In this document: in pieces, positions 30,025 to 39,086 of the stretch | Numbering within the stretch: position 1 is the first letter of the stretch | Layout of the letters: every line of letters starts with the position of its first letter | DNA from: an uncultured Gemmatimonadales bacterium | GTDB lineage: Bacteria > Gemmatimonadota > Gemmatimonadetes > Longimicrobiales > RSA9 | Direction: 5' to 3' | DNA: 64,000 nt | Assembly: GCA_963798845.1 (NCBI GenBank) | Contig: CAWCUS010000004.1 | Coordinates: 288,001 to 352,000 of the forward strand | The notes under the pieces: model-generated | Database searches by the model: none | Told to the model about the DNA's origin: nothing | The model's input: the letters and a program-made list of their open reading frames with translations, nothing else | Program-made: the position numbers and the translations under genes

Positions 30025-31080
30025 CTACTCGATGAGGTTGGGGACGACGAAGGCCGCGTTCAGGACCAGGCTGGTGGCGCGGTCGGCGCCGGCGAAGGAC
30101 TCCGAGCGCACCTCTCCCTTGAGCGCGGCGAACTCCGCGAAGTCCCAGCGCAGGCCCCCGATGACGCCATCGTAGTCGAGACCGAGGCCGGTGAACAGGG
30201 GGTCGCCGGCGCCGATGTCGGTGGCTTCGTAGCGGGCGTACGGCTGGAGGGCGCGCGCGCCCGGGAGCCGCCAGGCCACCTGTGCGTAGTAGCCGTCGGA
30301 CCCCACGGTCTGCGCGCCGGCGGTCCGCGGGTCGTGGATGAAGTGAAGGTACTCCGCGACGATCTCCGGGTTGGCCAGCCACACCACGTGGCCGCCCACG
30401 ATGCGCTCGTCCACCGGCCCCGTGCCCGGGTCCACCCGGTCGAGGAACCCGTGCACGCCCAGCTCCACGCGGTGCAGGAAGCCGGGCCGGACGCGCACGC
30501 CGGCGACGAAGGCGCGGTGGCCGTTGTCGTCGCCCGCGTCCCCGGGCGCCACCAGGTCCTCCTGGCGCCCGTTCCCGACGCCTGCTTCGTACACCAGCGT
30601 GGAGCGGCCCACCGGCAGGCTCCCTTCCGCCAGCAAGCCCATGAAGTGGACCGGGATCAGCGGCGTGCCGAAGCGCACGAGGCGCGGCCGGTCGATGGAC
30701 GTCTGGAGCCAGAGTCCGTGGTGGTACTGCGTGTTCCACCACGAGATCGGCGTGTGGTAGCGCCCCGCGGACAGCTTGAATCCGTCCGAGAAGTCGTAGC
30801 GGACGATGAGCCGCTCGAGGGTGGCGATCGTCCCCGTCGGCCGCGACGTCAGCGTGGGCTCGGCGAACACCGTCACGCGCTCCGACAGCCCCGCGCTCAG
30901 GTGCCCCACGAGCTGGCCCAGCGAGAACCCGTCGGCCACATCCCGCTCCGTGGCCAGGTACGACGCGTCGCCGAACAGCATGAGCCGCAGCGGCGGGTCC
31001 GTGTGGGTCTGGGCGGCGGCGCCGCCGGCGTACGCGCTGCACAGCGCCAGCACCACCGCGGCGGCGGAGGGTCGGTTCAT
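30025..31080 (-). CDS. Outer-membrane porin-like beta-barrel
   Basis: Signal peptide AAA|QT; LERLIVRY, AGRYHTPISWWN..YHHG, PYARYE and GLRWDF; amphipathic strands. Confidence 0.7.
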   Translation of the reverse strand: MNRPSAAAVVLALCSAYAGGAAAQTHTDPPLRLMLFGDASYLATERDVADGFSLGQLVGHLSAGLSERVTVFAEPTLTSRPTGTIATLERLIVRYDFSDGFKLSAGRYHTPISWWNTQYHHGLWLQTSIDRPRLVRFGTPLIPVHFMGLLAEGSLPVGRSTLVYEAGVGNGRQEDLVAPGDAGDDNGHRAFVAGVRVRPGFLHRVELGVHGFLDRVDPGTGPVDERIVGGHVVWLANPEIVAEYLHFIHDPRTAGAQTVGSDGYYAQVAWRLPGARALQPYARYEATDIGAGDPLFTGLGLDYDGVIGGLRWDFAEFAALKGEVRSESFAGADRATSLVLNAAFVVPNLIE

Positions 31081-31322
31081 GAAAGGTCCGGAGATCTGGG
31101 AGACGGGCAAGGGCTCACCAACGTACGGCGCGCCGCCGCGCCGCCACAAGCCTGTCGTTCGGCGCTGTGGTCGAGTGCGGGGAGATGCAGCAAACCGAGC
31201 ATGTCGGCTCGATCCGTGCAGCGCTACTGCGATCCCGGGGTGGTTCGGGCTGCGCGAACCGCGCGCGGCGCAAGCATCCTGACGCTGTCCACCGGGTCTT
31301 CGAGCAAAGGGAGTTCACGAAC

Positions 31323-31799
31323 TTGACGCCAAAAAACACGATCTGCCTCTGGTTCGACAAGGACGCGCTCGATGCGGCGCGCTTCTACGCCGCCACCTTT
31401 CCGGATAGCGAGGTGACCGGCGTCCACCACGCGACCAGCGATTACCCGGGCGGCACGGAGGGCGAGGTGCTGACGGTGAATTTCACCGTTCTGGGCGTTC
31501 CCTGTATGGGTCTGAACGGCGGCCCGGCGTTCAAGCACAGCGAGGCCTTTTCCTTCCAGGTCGCTACGGACGACCAGGAGGAGACGGACCGCTACTGGAA
31601 CGCGATCGTGGGGAATGGCGGTGAGGAGAGCCAGTGCGGCTGGTGCAGGGACCGCTGGGGCCTTTCCTGGCAGATCACGCCGCGCGTGCTGACCGATGCG
31701 CTTGCGGCCGGAGGTGATGAGGCCAGGCGCGCCTTTGAGGCGATGATGCCCATGCGCAAGATCGACGTCGCCACGATCGAGGCAGCGCGGCGCGGTTGA
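31323..31799 (+). CDS. VOC/PhnB-like (3-demethylubiquinone-9 3-methyltransferase family) protein
   Basis: AAGGGAG RBS + TTG; KNTICLWFD, LNGGP.FKHSEAFSF, CGWCRDRWGLSWQITP, MRKIDVA. Confidence 0.9.
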   Translation: MTPKNTICLWFDKDALDAARFYAATFPDSEVTGVHHATSDYPGGTEGEVLTVNFTVLGVPCMGLNGGPAFKHSEAFSFQVATDDQEETDRYWNAIVGNGGEESQCGWCRDRWGLSWQITPRVLTDALAAGGDEARRAFEAMMPMRKIDVATIEAARRG

Positions 31800-31915
31800 T
31801 CGGAGTGTGCGCCCGCAGCGACAGCCGCGCACCCGAGACCGACACGATCAGAGCGGCGTCTTCGCGGCGACGCAGACGTGGCCCCGGCGTTCTCGAACGT
31901 CGTCGTCACGCCGCA

Positions 31916-32293
31916 TCACCTCGAGGGGCCGGGGGCACGGGGCACGGGGTAGGGGGCACTGTCGAAGTAGATGCCGAATGAGCGAATCTGGTCATCACGC
32001 ACCTCGAACACCTCGGCGATATGGCTCTCGAAGGCGGGGCCCGTCGGAGGCTGAAGCTCATAGCGCGTCAGGGCGCACGCCTGCTGGCCCTCCACGATCA
32101 CGCTCCTGACCTCCAGCGCGCGCACCATCGCGTAGAAGCGCCCGATCCTCTCCAGACTGGACTGCTTTCCCGCCACGCGCTTGACCGGATCGGTGAAGTT
32201 GGTGAAACGCAGATCATCGGACAGGAGATCCTCCCACCGCTCTTTCGTTTTCACCCGGTCGAGAAACTCGAGCACCACGTCCCTTGTCGTCAT
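31916..32293 (-). CDS. SnoaL/NTF2-like protein
   Basis: MTTRDVVLEFL..., LLSDDLRF, IVEGQQAC, AEVFEVRDDQI..FGIYFDS; GGAG RBS. Confidence 0.8.
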   Translation of the reverse strand: MTTRDVVLEFLDRVKTKERWEDLLSDDLRFTNFTDPVKRVAGKQSSLERIGRFYAMVRALEVRSVIVEGQQACALTRYELQPPTGPAFESHIAEVFEVRDDQIRSFGIYFDSAPYPVPRAPGPSR

Positions 32294-32407
32294 GAAGCTC
32301 CCTCTCCTGGTGTTGCCAGAGGTCTGCACGCCGCCGCCAAACCCGGTCCGGATGCGTTGCGGCGGATCCACTGCTGACCTGCTGGCCGCTGCACCACCCG
32401 TACCTGC

Positions 32408-32555
32408 ACTGCTCCAGCGCGGCCCCCAGCGCATCCCGGGCGAAATCCTCCGCCAGCCCCACGTCGCCGACGAAGCGAGCGACCCGGGCGATCACCCGGG
32501 CCGACTCGATCGGCCAGAAGCATCATGAATCGCAATGGCTTCGCCTTTGGTTCAC
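32408..32555 (-). pseudogene. Remnant of an ECF42-type sigma factor N-terminus
   Basis: Frame reads FWPIESARVIARVARFVGDVGLAEDFARDALGAALEQ (compare VWRIESARLIAGLAR.VRDVGLAEDLAQDALVAALEQW). In-frame stop just upstream; similarity ends after EQ. Confidence 0.7.
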
Positions 32556-32914
32556 GCCATGTCTTCCAGCGGGCGGATCTCGGAGATGCCCTCGAATCCC
32601 GGCCAGTGGCGCCGGTGGAGGTCCATGAACTCCCTGGCGAGCTGTACCGCCTCCTCCATGGTCTCCGTCTCGCACAGCGCGTAGCCTCCCACCACTTCCT
32701 TGGCCTCGGCGAACGGGCCATCCGTCACACTGATCTCGCCGTCCGCGAGCCGGACCTGCGCACCCCTGGCCAGGGGCTGGAGCCCGGCGCCGTCCAGGAA
32801 GACCCCCTTCTGCGCGGTCTTCTCGATGAACTCGCCCATGGCACCGAACAGGGCCTTCGGGGTGTCGGCCGGGTCGTAGTCCGCCGGGTGCTTGATGAAC
32901 ATCATGAATCGCAT
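32552..32914 (-). CDS. YciI/DGPF domain protein
   Basis: MRFMMFIK, GAGLQP, VTDGPFAEAKEVVGGY, EIRPL. Confidence 0.92.
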   Translation of the reverse strand: MRFMMFIKHPADYDPADTPKALFGAMGEFIEKTAQKGVFLDGAGLQPLARGAQVRLADGEISVTDGPFAEAKEVVGGYALCETETMEEAVQLAREFMDLHRRHWPGFEGISEIRPLEDMA

Positions 32915-32973
32915 GGCTCCGCCTTCCTTCCTCCGGGTCGCGGGCCGGGTTCCTCCCGGCCCTCTACTGTAGC

Positions 32974-33000
32974 GTCGCACGAGCATAGCGGAAATCGACA
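32974..33000 (-). promoter_or_regulatory. ECF42-type promoter (TGTCGA-N17-CGAC) upstream of yciI
   Basis: Minus strand TGTCGA tttccgctatgctcgtg CGAC, in the expected DGPF-gene context. Confidence 0.7.
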
Positions 33001-33216
33001 TCGGGCCGCACAGGGCGCGGCCCTTGCCGCAGGCGCTGACTGGTCCTCGTCGTCGGCAACCGGCGCCCTGGGAGCGGCGGACCGGCAAGCACGGTGGGGA
33101 GTGCTCGAGGGACTGGATCGGAGGCCATGCGACTCACCCGCCAGGCGCCTCCACATCCCCATCCGGAGCGCCCGGATCCTGGCTCGCCACGCGCGGCCGG
33201 GGCATATTGGACCTCC

Positions 33217-35883
33217 ATGCCCGACCTGTCTTCCCGCCTATCCGCTGCCCTGGCCGAGCGCTACCGCATCGAGCGCAAGATCGGCGAAGGGGGTATGGCG
33301 ACGGTCTTCCTGGCCGAAGACCTCAAGCATCACCGGAAGGTCGCGCTCAAGGTCCTCCGGCCGGAGCTGGCGGCGGTCGTGGGCGCGGAGCGCTTCCTGG
33401 CGGAGATCCGCACCACCGCGAACCTCCAGCATCCGCACATCCTCCCGCTCTTCGACTCCGGCGAGGCCGACTCCTTCCTCTTCTTCGCAATGCCCTACGT
33501 GGACGGGGAGGCGCTCCGCCACCGCCTGGAAAAGGAGAAGCATCTGCCGATCGCGGATGCGCTGCGCATCGCGAAGGGTGTGGCCTCGGCCCTGGACTAT
33601 GCCCACCGGCGCGGCGTCGTCCACCGGGACATCAAGCCGGAGAACATCCTGCTCCACGACGGCCAGCCGCTGGTGGCGGATTTCGGCATCGCCCTCGCCC
33701 TGAGCACTGCTGGCGGCTCGCGCGTGACCGAGACGGGACTGAGCGTGGGGACGCCGACGTACATGAGCCCCGAGCAGGCCATGGGCGAGCGAGAGATCGA
33801 CCCCCGGTCCGACATCTACTCGCTGGGCTGCGTGATCTACGAGATGCTGACCGGCGACCCGCCCTTCACGGGCTCCACCGCGCAGGCCGTCGCCGCCCGC
33901 GTCCTCACGGAGGCGCCCCGCCCCCTCTCCACCCAGCGGCACACCATTCCCGCGCACGTGGAGGCCGCGGTGCTGGTGGCGCTCGAGAAGCTGCCGGCGG
34001 ACCGCTTTCCCACCGCGCACGCCTTCGCCGAGGCGCTCGACGGTCCGGCGACGGCGATGCCCCTCGCCATGCGCAGGGCCTCCCGCGTCTGGCCGGGAAC
34101 CGGATGGAAGACCACGCTCCGGAACCCGGTGGTGTGGGTGCTGGCCCTCATCGCGATCCTGGCGGTGGCGGTCGCGTACCGCGGGTGGATCACCGCACGG
34201 GACGGGCGGTCGGATGCCACAGTGCGCTTCACCGTCGACCTTCCTCCCGCGTTCCAGCCCGCGCTCTACGAGCCTCACGGGCCGGCTGTCGCCATCTCGC
34301 CCGACGGGTCCATGGTGGCGTTCCCCGTGGTCGATCCCCACGGACGGCGGCGGATCTTCGTTCGCCGCCTCGACGAGGCGACGGCGAGGCCTCTTCCGGG
34401 GACCGACGGGGGGACCATGCCGGCCTTTTCGGCGGACGGCGCCGTCCTCCTGTTCCAGTCGGCGGGACGGCTCCAGAAGGTGGCGCTCGCCGGGGGCACC
34501 CCTCAGATCCTCGGCGAATACGGATTCGTCCAGTCGGTGACGTGGCCCGCCGGTGGAGACATCATCTACGCGGCCGGGTCGCTCCAGCGACTCAGGCGCG
34601 TATCGCCTTCAGGAGGGGAGCCGCGTCCGGCGGGCGCGCTGGACAGCCTGCGGGGAGAGACTGCGCAGTATTTCCCCGTCGCCCTTCCCGACGGAGAGCA
34701 CGTGCTCTACCAGAGCCGGGGCCGTGGTGCGACCGAGGACGCGCGCATCGGCCTTCTCGACCTGGCCACCGGGCAGGCCCGGCGCCTGGACGTGGCGGGC
34801 ACCTATCCGCTGGGCATGCTGGGGCGCCGCCTGATCTACACGGACCAGGCGGGCACGGTGTTCGCCGTGCCGCTCGACCTCGCATCGGGAAGCGTGAAGG
34901 GCGAACCCGTTCAGGTGGCCAGCGGCGTGGCGACGCTGGACCGGGGTTCGGCCGTGGCGGCGCTCTCGGCCACGGGGACGCTGGCGTACATGGCCGGGAA
35001 CCAGGGAGCGACGGTCGTCCTGGCGAACGCCGAGCGATCGGAGCCGCTCTTCTCGGAAGTCCGCCCGTACTCGTTCCCCCGGTATTCCCCGGACGGAAGA
35101 CGGGTGGCCCTCACCATCACTTCGGGCACCTCGTCCGACATCTGGCTGGGCGACGTCGGATCCGGCACGCTGAAACGTCTCACCAGCGGCGGCACCGTGA
35201 ACGAGCGCCCCGAGTGGTCTCCCGATGGGACCCGCGTCCTCTTCCGCAGGGTGGTCGGCGAGCGTTCTGCCCTGTGGTGGCAGCGCGCGGACGGGACGGG
35301 CCCGGCGTCGCCCCTCGTGGCCGACGCCCGGGCGGACTACTTCGAGGGCGTCATCACTCCCGACGGTCGTGATCTCGTGTACCAGGTGGATACGACGGGG
35401 GGCGACGTCATGGTTCGCGGGCTCGACGGCGACCTCGCTCCCCGTCCGATCGCGAACAGGCGGGCCAACGAGGACCAGGCGCGGGTCTCCCCCGACGGGC
35501 GGTGGGTGGCCTACGTGACGGAGGAGAGCGGCGGCCCCCAGGTGGTGGTGCAGCCGCTCTCGGATCGGGCAGCCAGAGTGCAGGTCTCCACCCGCGGCGG
35601 CACTGAGCCGGTATGGGCGCGCGACGGGCGCCGTCTCTTCTACCGGACCGAGGGCGAGTTCCGGGTGGCGGAAGTGTCCCCCACGCCTACGTTCCACGTC
35701 GTTTCCCGGGCCGACTTCATGGACGACACCTTCCTCCCCTACCCGAACCCCCACGCCAACTACGACGTTGCGCCGGACGGAACCGAGCTCCTGGTGCTGA
35801 AGGGTGAGCCGCAAGCGCTCATCGTGGTGCACGACTGGAAGGCGGAGGTCGACGCCAGACTGCGGCAGGAGAAGGAGCGGTGA
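33217..35883 (+). CDS. Ser/Thr protein kinase with TM helix and TolB/PD40 propellers
   Basis: MPDLSSRLSAALAERYRIE, GEGGMATV, HRDIKPEN, DFG, GTPTYMSPE, TM segment, SPDG repeats. Confidence 0.92.
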   Translation: MPDLSSRLSAALAERYRIERKIGEGGMATVFLAEDLKHHRKVALKVLRPELAAVVGAERFLAEIRTTANLQHPHILPLFDSGEADSFLFFAMPYVDGEALRHRLEKEKHLPIADALRIAKGVASALDYAHRRGVVHRDIKPENILLHDGQPLVADFGIALALSTAGGSRVTETGLSVGTPTYMSPEQAMGEREIDPRSDIYSLGCVIYEMLTGDPPFTGSTAQAVAARVLTEAPRPLSTQRHTIPAHVEAAVLVALEKLPADRFPTAHAFAEALDGPATAMPLAMRRASRVWPGTGWKTTLRNPVVWVLALIAILAVAVAYRGWITARDGRSDATVRFTVDLPPAFQPALYEPHGPAVAISPDGSMVAFPVVDPHGRRRIFVRRLDEATARPLPGTDGGTMPAFSADGAVLLFQSAGRLQKVALAGGTPQILGEYGFVQSVTWPAGGDIIYAAGSLQRLRRVSPSGGEPRPAGALDSLRGETAQYFPVALPDGEHVLYQSRGRGATEDARIGLLDLATGQARRLDVAGTYPLGMLGRRLIYTDQAGTVFAVPLDLASGSVKGEPVQVASGVATLDRGSAVAALSATGTLAYMAGNQGATVVLANAERSEPLFSEVRPYSFPRYSPDGRRVALTITSGTSSDIWLGDVGSGTLKRLTSGGTVNERPEWSPDGTRVLFRRVVGERSALWWQRADGTGPASPLVADARADYFEGVITPDGRDLVYQVDTTGGDVMVRGLDGDLAPRPIANRRANEDQARVSPDGRWVAYVTEESGGPQVVVQPLSDRAARVQVSTRGGTEPVWARDGRRLFYRTEGEFRVAEVSPTPTFHVVSRADFMDDTFLPYPNPHANYDVAPDGTELLVLKGEPQALIVVHDWKAEVDARLRQEKER

Positions 35884-36000
35884 CCGGGTCGCCGCAAGGC
35901 TGAGTGGTCCGCCCCGGGACCGTCGCCTGCCGCCGCCGCCGGATCATCGTGACCATCGGGTTCGCGGCGGTGGCCATGGCCCGCCGATCGACGGCTGCGA

Positions 36001-36993
36001 TCACCCCATCCCGCCCGGACGCCCGGAGCCGTACGACCCGGCGTCTTCGGGCGGCGGTACCCGGGACGCGTCCCGCCTCGAGCCTGCCTCGTCCGCCGAC
36101 GGCACCGGGCGTCGGCACCAGCCGAGGAGGACGAACGTGGCCGGCGCGACCAGCAGGGCCCACACCCCCGCCACGGTGGCCAGTACCAGGCTCAGGACGT
36201 ACGAGTCCGTCAGCTGGTCGCCCGCGGCGAGGGCGGCAATGCCCACGCCGCCGGTGAGCAGCATCGCGACCCTGCGACCCGGCGACTGCTCCCCTGGCTC
36301 GTACCTCACGAAGCGGTACTCCAGCGGGAGCGCGATGGCGAAGCCGGCGACGAGCCCGCCGGCGCGCCAGCGGTAGGGGTCCTCTCCGAAGAAGAGGAAC
36401 GGGCCGGCGATCACGAAGGCGAGCGCGAGCATGGCGGCGCCCGCGAACAGCGCGAACGGTCGCGCGGTCAGCCACGCTCGAACCGGGGGCCAGATCCACT
36501 GCACCAGGACGACGGCCACGGCCGCGAGCAGGACGGCGCCCACCACATCGCCCACGTAGTGGACGCCGAGATACAGCCGGCTGGTGCCGACCAGGACGGC
36601 GACGGCCGCGGGGATCGCCCACGAGACCCGGCCCTGGACGGCCAGCCAGCTCCACAGCGCCGTGGCCGTGGAAACGTGCCCGCTCGGGAATGACGAGACA
36701 CTGACGTGCTCGTACCTCACCAGACCCGGGGCATCGGGACGCGGCATGCTCACGAGCTGATTGAGGGCCATCTTCAACCCGCCCTCGACGACCACCACCG
36801 CCAGCAGCCCGTAGGCCACCCGGCGGCCCCACATCCAGAGGGCGATGCCGACGGCCAGGATGATCCCCCAGTCGATCCCAAGCAGCGAGAGCGCGATCCA
36901 GGGCTCCGGCCAGCCGAGGCCGAACAAGCGCTGCAGCGCGATGATCGGCCCCGGGTCGAACAGGATGGGGATCTGGGTCACGTCTCCGGTCAC
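36001..36993 (-). CDS. PAP2 family membrane phosphatase
   Basis: K......PRP, SFPSGH and SRLYLGVHYVGDV motifs; multiple TM segments; GTGA overlap with the upstream stop. Confidence 0.88.
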   Translation of the reverse strand: MTGDVTQIPILFDPGPIIALQRLFGLGWPEPWIALSLLGIDWGIILAVGIALWMWGRRVAYGLLAVVVVEGGLKMALNQLVSMPRPDAPGLVRYEHVSVSSFPSGHVSTATALWSWLAVQGRVSWAIPAAVAVLVGTSRLYLGVHYVGDVVGAVLLAAVAVVLVQWIWPPVRAWLTARPFALFAGAAMLALAFVIAGPFLFFGEDPYRWRAGGLVAGFAIALPLEYRFVRYEPGEQSPGRRVAMLLTGGVGIAALAAGDQLTDSYVLSLVLATVAGVWALLVAPATFVLLGWCRRPVPSADEAGSRRDASRVPPPEDAGSYGSGRPGGMG

Positions 36994-37544
36994 GCAGTCG
37001 TGAGGAGCACGCCGGCCAGCAGCGTGGCGGCCCACAGCCAGGCGCTGCGGATGGAGGCGCGGGCGAGCGGCGCCCACTCGTCGTCGGGGGTGGGGCCCGG
37101 ATCGGCGACGGCCGGGGCCGCGGCGTCGCCCGCGTCGTCGTGTCCGCGCGTGGCAAACAGCCGGCCCACGTGCCGTTCCATCACGCGTCCGTTCGCGACC
37201 AGCACCCCGAGGAGGGTCATCTTCACCCAGAAGATCCAGGACGGGAGGAATCTCGGGACGTCCGAGAGGAGCAGGCCGATGCCGGCGAGCATGCCGAGGG
37301 CGAGGCTCGCGAGCACGAACCGGTGAGTCCGGCGCCAGTCACGGAGCGCGCGGATGCGCCGCGTCCGGGACGCTCGTCGGGCTCGAACGATCTTCCGGTC
37401 CGCGCCCAGGGCGAGGCCGGCGGCCGACACGACCGCGGCCAGGTGGCCGTACAGCGCCACGGCCTGTACGGCCGCGCTGCTCCCGTACAGCTCCGCCCAG
37501 GTTTCGACCCATCTCGCCACTGGGGTCACAGCGACCGTCACCAT
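36990..37544 (-). CDS. Four-TM membrane protein (DUF6644/DUF2214-like)
   Basis: HLAAVV..G.A..AD, GIGLL, FWVKMTLL..L.ANG and SAWLW. Confidence 0.65.
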   Translation of the reverse strand: MVTVAVTPVARWVETWAELYGSSAAVQAVALYGHLAAVVSAAGLALGADRKIVRARRASRTRRIRALRDWRRTHRFVLASLALGMLAGIGLLLSDVPRFLPSWIFWVKMTLLGVLVANGRVMERHVGRLFATRGHDDAGDAAAPAVADPGPTPDDEWAPLARASIRSAWLWAATLLAGVLLTTA

Positions 37545-37861
37545 GTAAGCCTAAAGAGCGCGGCTGACCGCGCTCAGCCCGCACGGATGCGCCAAAAGCG
37601 CTCTCGCGCGACGAAGCTAGCTGCCGCGCCCGACCCGCGCGACTTTCAATGGCGTGCACGGACGGGCTCGTGTGCGGGCTCGACGCGCCCGGTGAACGGC
37701 CCGAGCACCGAGGGGCCGCGGCCCGTGTGCGCGGCTACCAAACTCTCGCCGAACCCTCCGGGGCAAGTCCGGACTTTCCTCCCCCGACGCGCCGTGGACC
37801 CGTACTTGCACCCGGCTCCCCCAGTTGCACAAGTGCCGCTTCCCGATACAGAGAGGGAACC

Positions 37862-38119
37862 ATGAACATCATCTGGTGGATCGTCGTTGGCCTCGTCGCC
37901 GGTGCCCTGGCCAAGTGGATCATGCCCGGCGACGACCCGGGCGGGATCATCATCACCATCCTGCTCGGCATCGCCGGCGCGTTGCTCGGCGGCTGGATCT
38001 TCACCCTGCTCGGGATCGGCGGCGGGATCGTCGTCACGATCGTGGGCGCCGTCATCGGCGCGCTGATCCTGCTCTGGCTGTACCGGATGTTCACGGGCCG
38101 GCGGCACAGTACGGCCTGA
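37862..38119 (+). CDS. GlsB/YeaQ/YmgE family (transglycosylase-associated) membrane protein
   Basis: MNIIWWIVVGLVAGALAKWIMPGDDPGGIIITILLGIAGALLGG; GAGGG RBS. Confidence 0.92.
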   Translation: MNIIWWIVVGLVAGALAKWIMPGDDPGGIIITILLGIAGALLGGWIFTLLGIGGGIVVTIVGAVIGALILLWLYRMFTGRRHSTA

Positions 38120-38432
38120 CGCCGCAGCGCGGGGGTACCCTCCCGCGCGGGATCCGGCGGGGTGTTCCTCCTCGAGCGCCGGGCCGAGGAGGAACGCCTG
38201 GCCGTGGCTGGCCCCGCTCTTCATCACCCGGCGGGACGACAGAGCTGTGGCCAGGTCCGGAGCCACGGCCCCGCAGATCGCCGCCGAGGTGGCCGTGACC
38301 CAGGAGGTCACGACCTGGGCTGAAGTTCCGGACGATCCGGACGAAAGCACTGGCGGCCGTTGATCGGGCACCAGCCTCGCTCGACGACCGAGCGGACTTG
38401 ATTTCGCCACTCCGTCCCGAGAAGCTTCGGAC

Positions 38433-38753
38433 ATGGGCGTCTTCGAGTTCGTCATCATCCTGGTCGCGATCGGCACCCTCGGGAAGGCCGCCGTGGCAGT
38501 CGGCGGGCCGCTCCTGGACCAAACGGGCGAATACCTGCGTGCGTCCGCCGCAGAGCGGCGGGCGCGGCGCGAGAGGCTCGAATCCGGCGCGACGCTTTCT
38601 CCCGACACCGTCGAGGAGCTGGAGCGGCGGCTGACCCGCATCGAGGATCGGCTCGACTTCCTCGAGGAGCTGCGGGCTCCGACGGAGCGGAAGGCGCTTC
38701 ACGGCTCTCCTGCGCACCCGGCTGCCGGCGAGCGAGACGGCCCGGCGGCGTAG
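38433..38753 (+). CDS. Small membrane-anchored coiled-coil protein
   Basis: N-terminal TM segment, then VEELERRLTRIEDRLDFLEEL. Confidence 0.65.
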   Translation: MGVFEFVIILVAIGTLGKAAVAVGGPLLDQTGEYLRASAAERRARRERLESGATLSPDTVEELERRLTRIEDRLDFLEELRAPTERKALHGSPAHPAAGERDGPAA

Positions 38754-39086
38754 AGCCCGGGTGCCGTCGGCGCGGCCGCGCCGATGATGCCGCCGCTCGC
38801 GGGTTCGCTGGCCACCTTCGTCGGGACCTACCTGATCGCGGACTTCGTGGGGTGAACACCTGCACGCCACCGGCCGCTTCCGTCGGGTCCAGTTCCGCGA
38901 CCCTCCCGCCGGGTGTCCGGTTCCAGACGGCATCGTACCGGGAGCGGACAGCACGCGCGCGGCGGGGGACCATTCTCAGCGCCGGAATTCCGCGTGCCGG
39001 AGCGCTCGGCGAGGCGTCCGGCCGATCGGGCACGCGTCTTCCCTACGGAAGCGCGGCTGAAGCCCGGGACATGCCGAGGAGGACCG

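Noticed and set aside
38295..38350. Hammerhead-like layout: CCCAGG/CCTGGG stem, CTGAAG, TCCGGA hairpin, GAAA
   Set aside because: The core reads CTGAAGT rather than CTGANGA, there is no correctly placed UH cleavage site, and stem III does not pair. A cmscan hit would reopen it.
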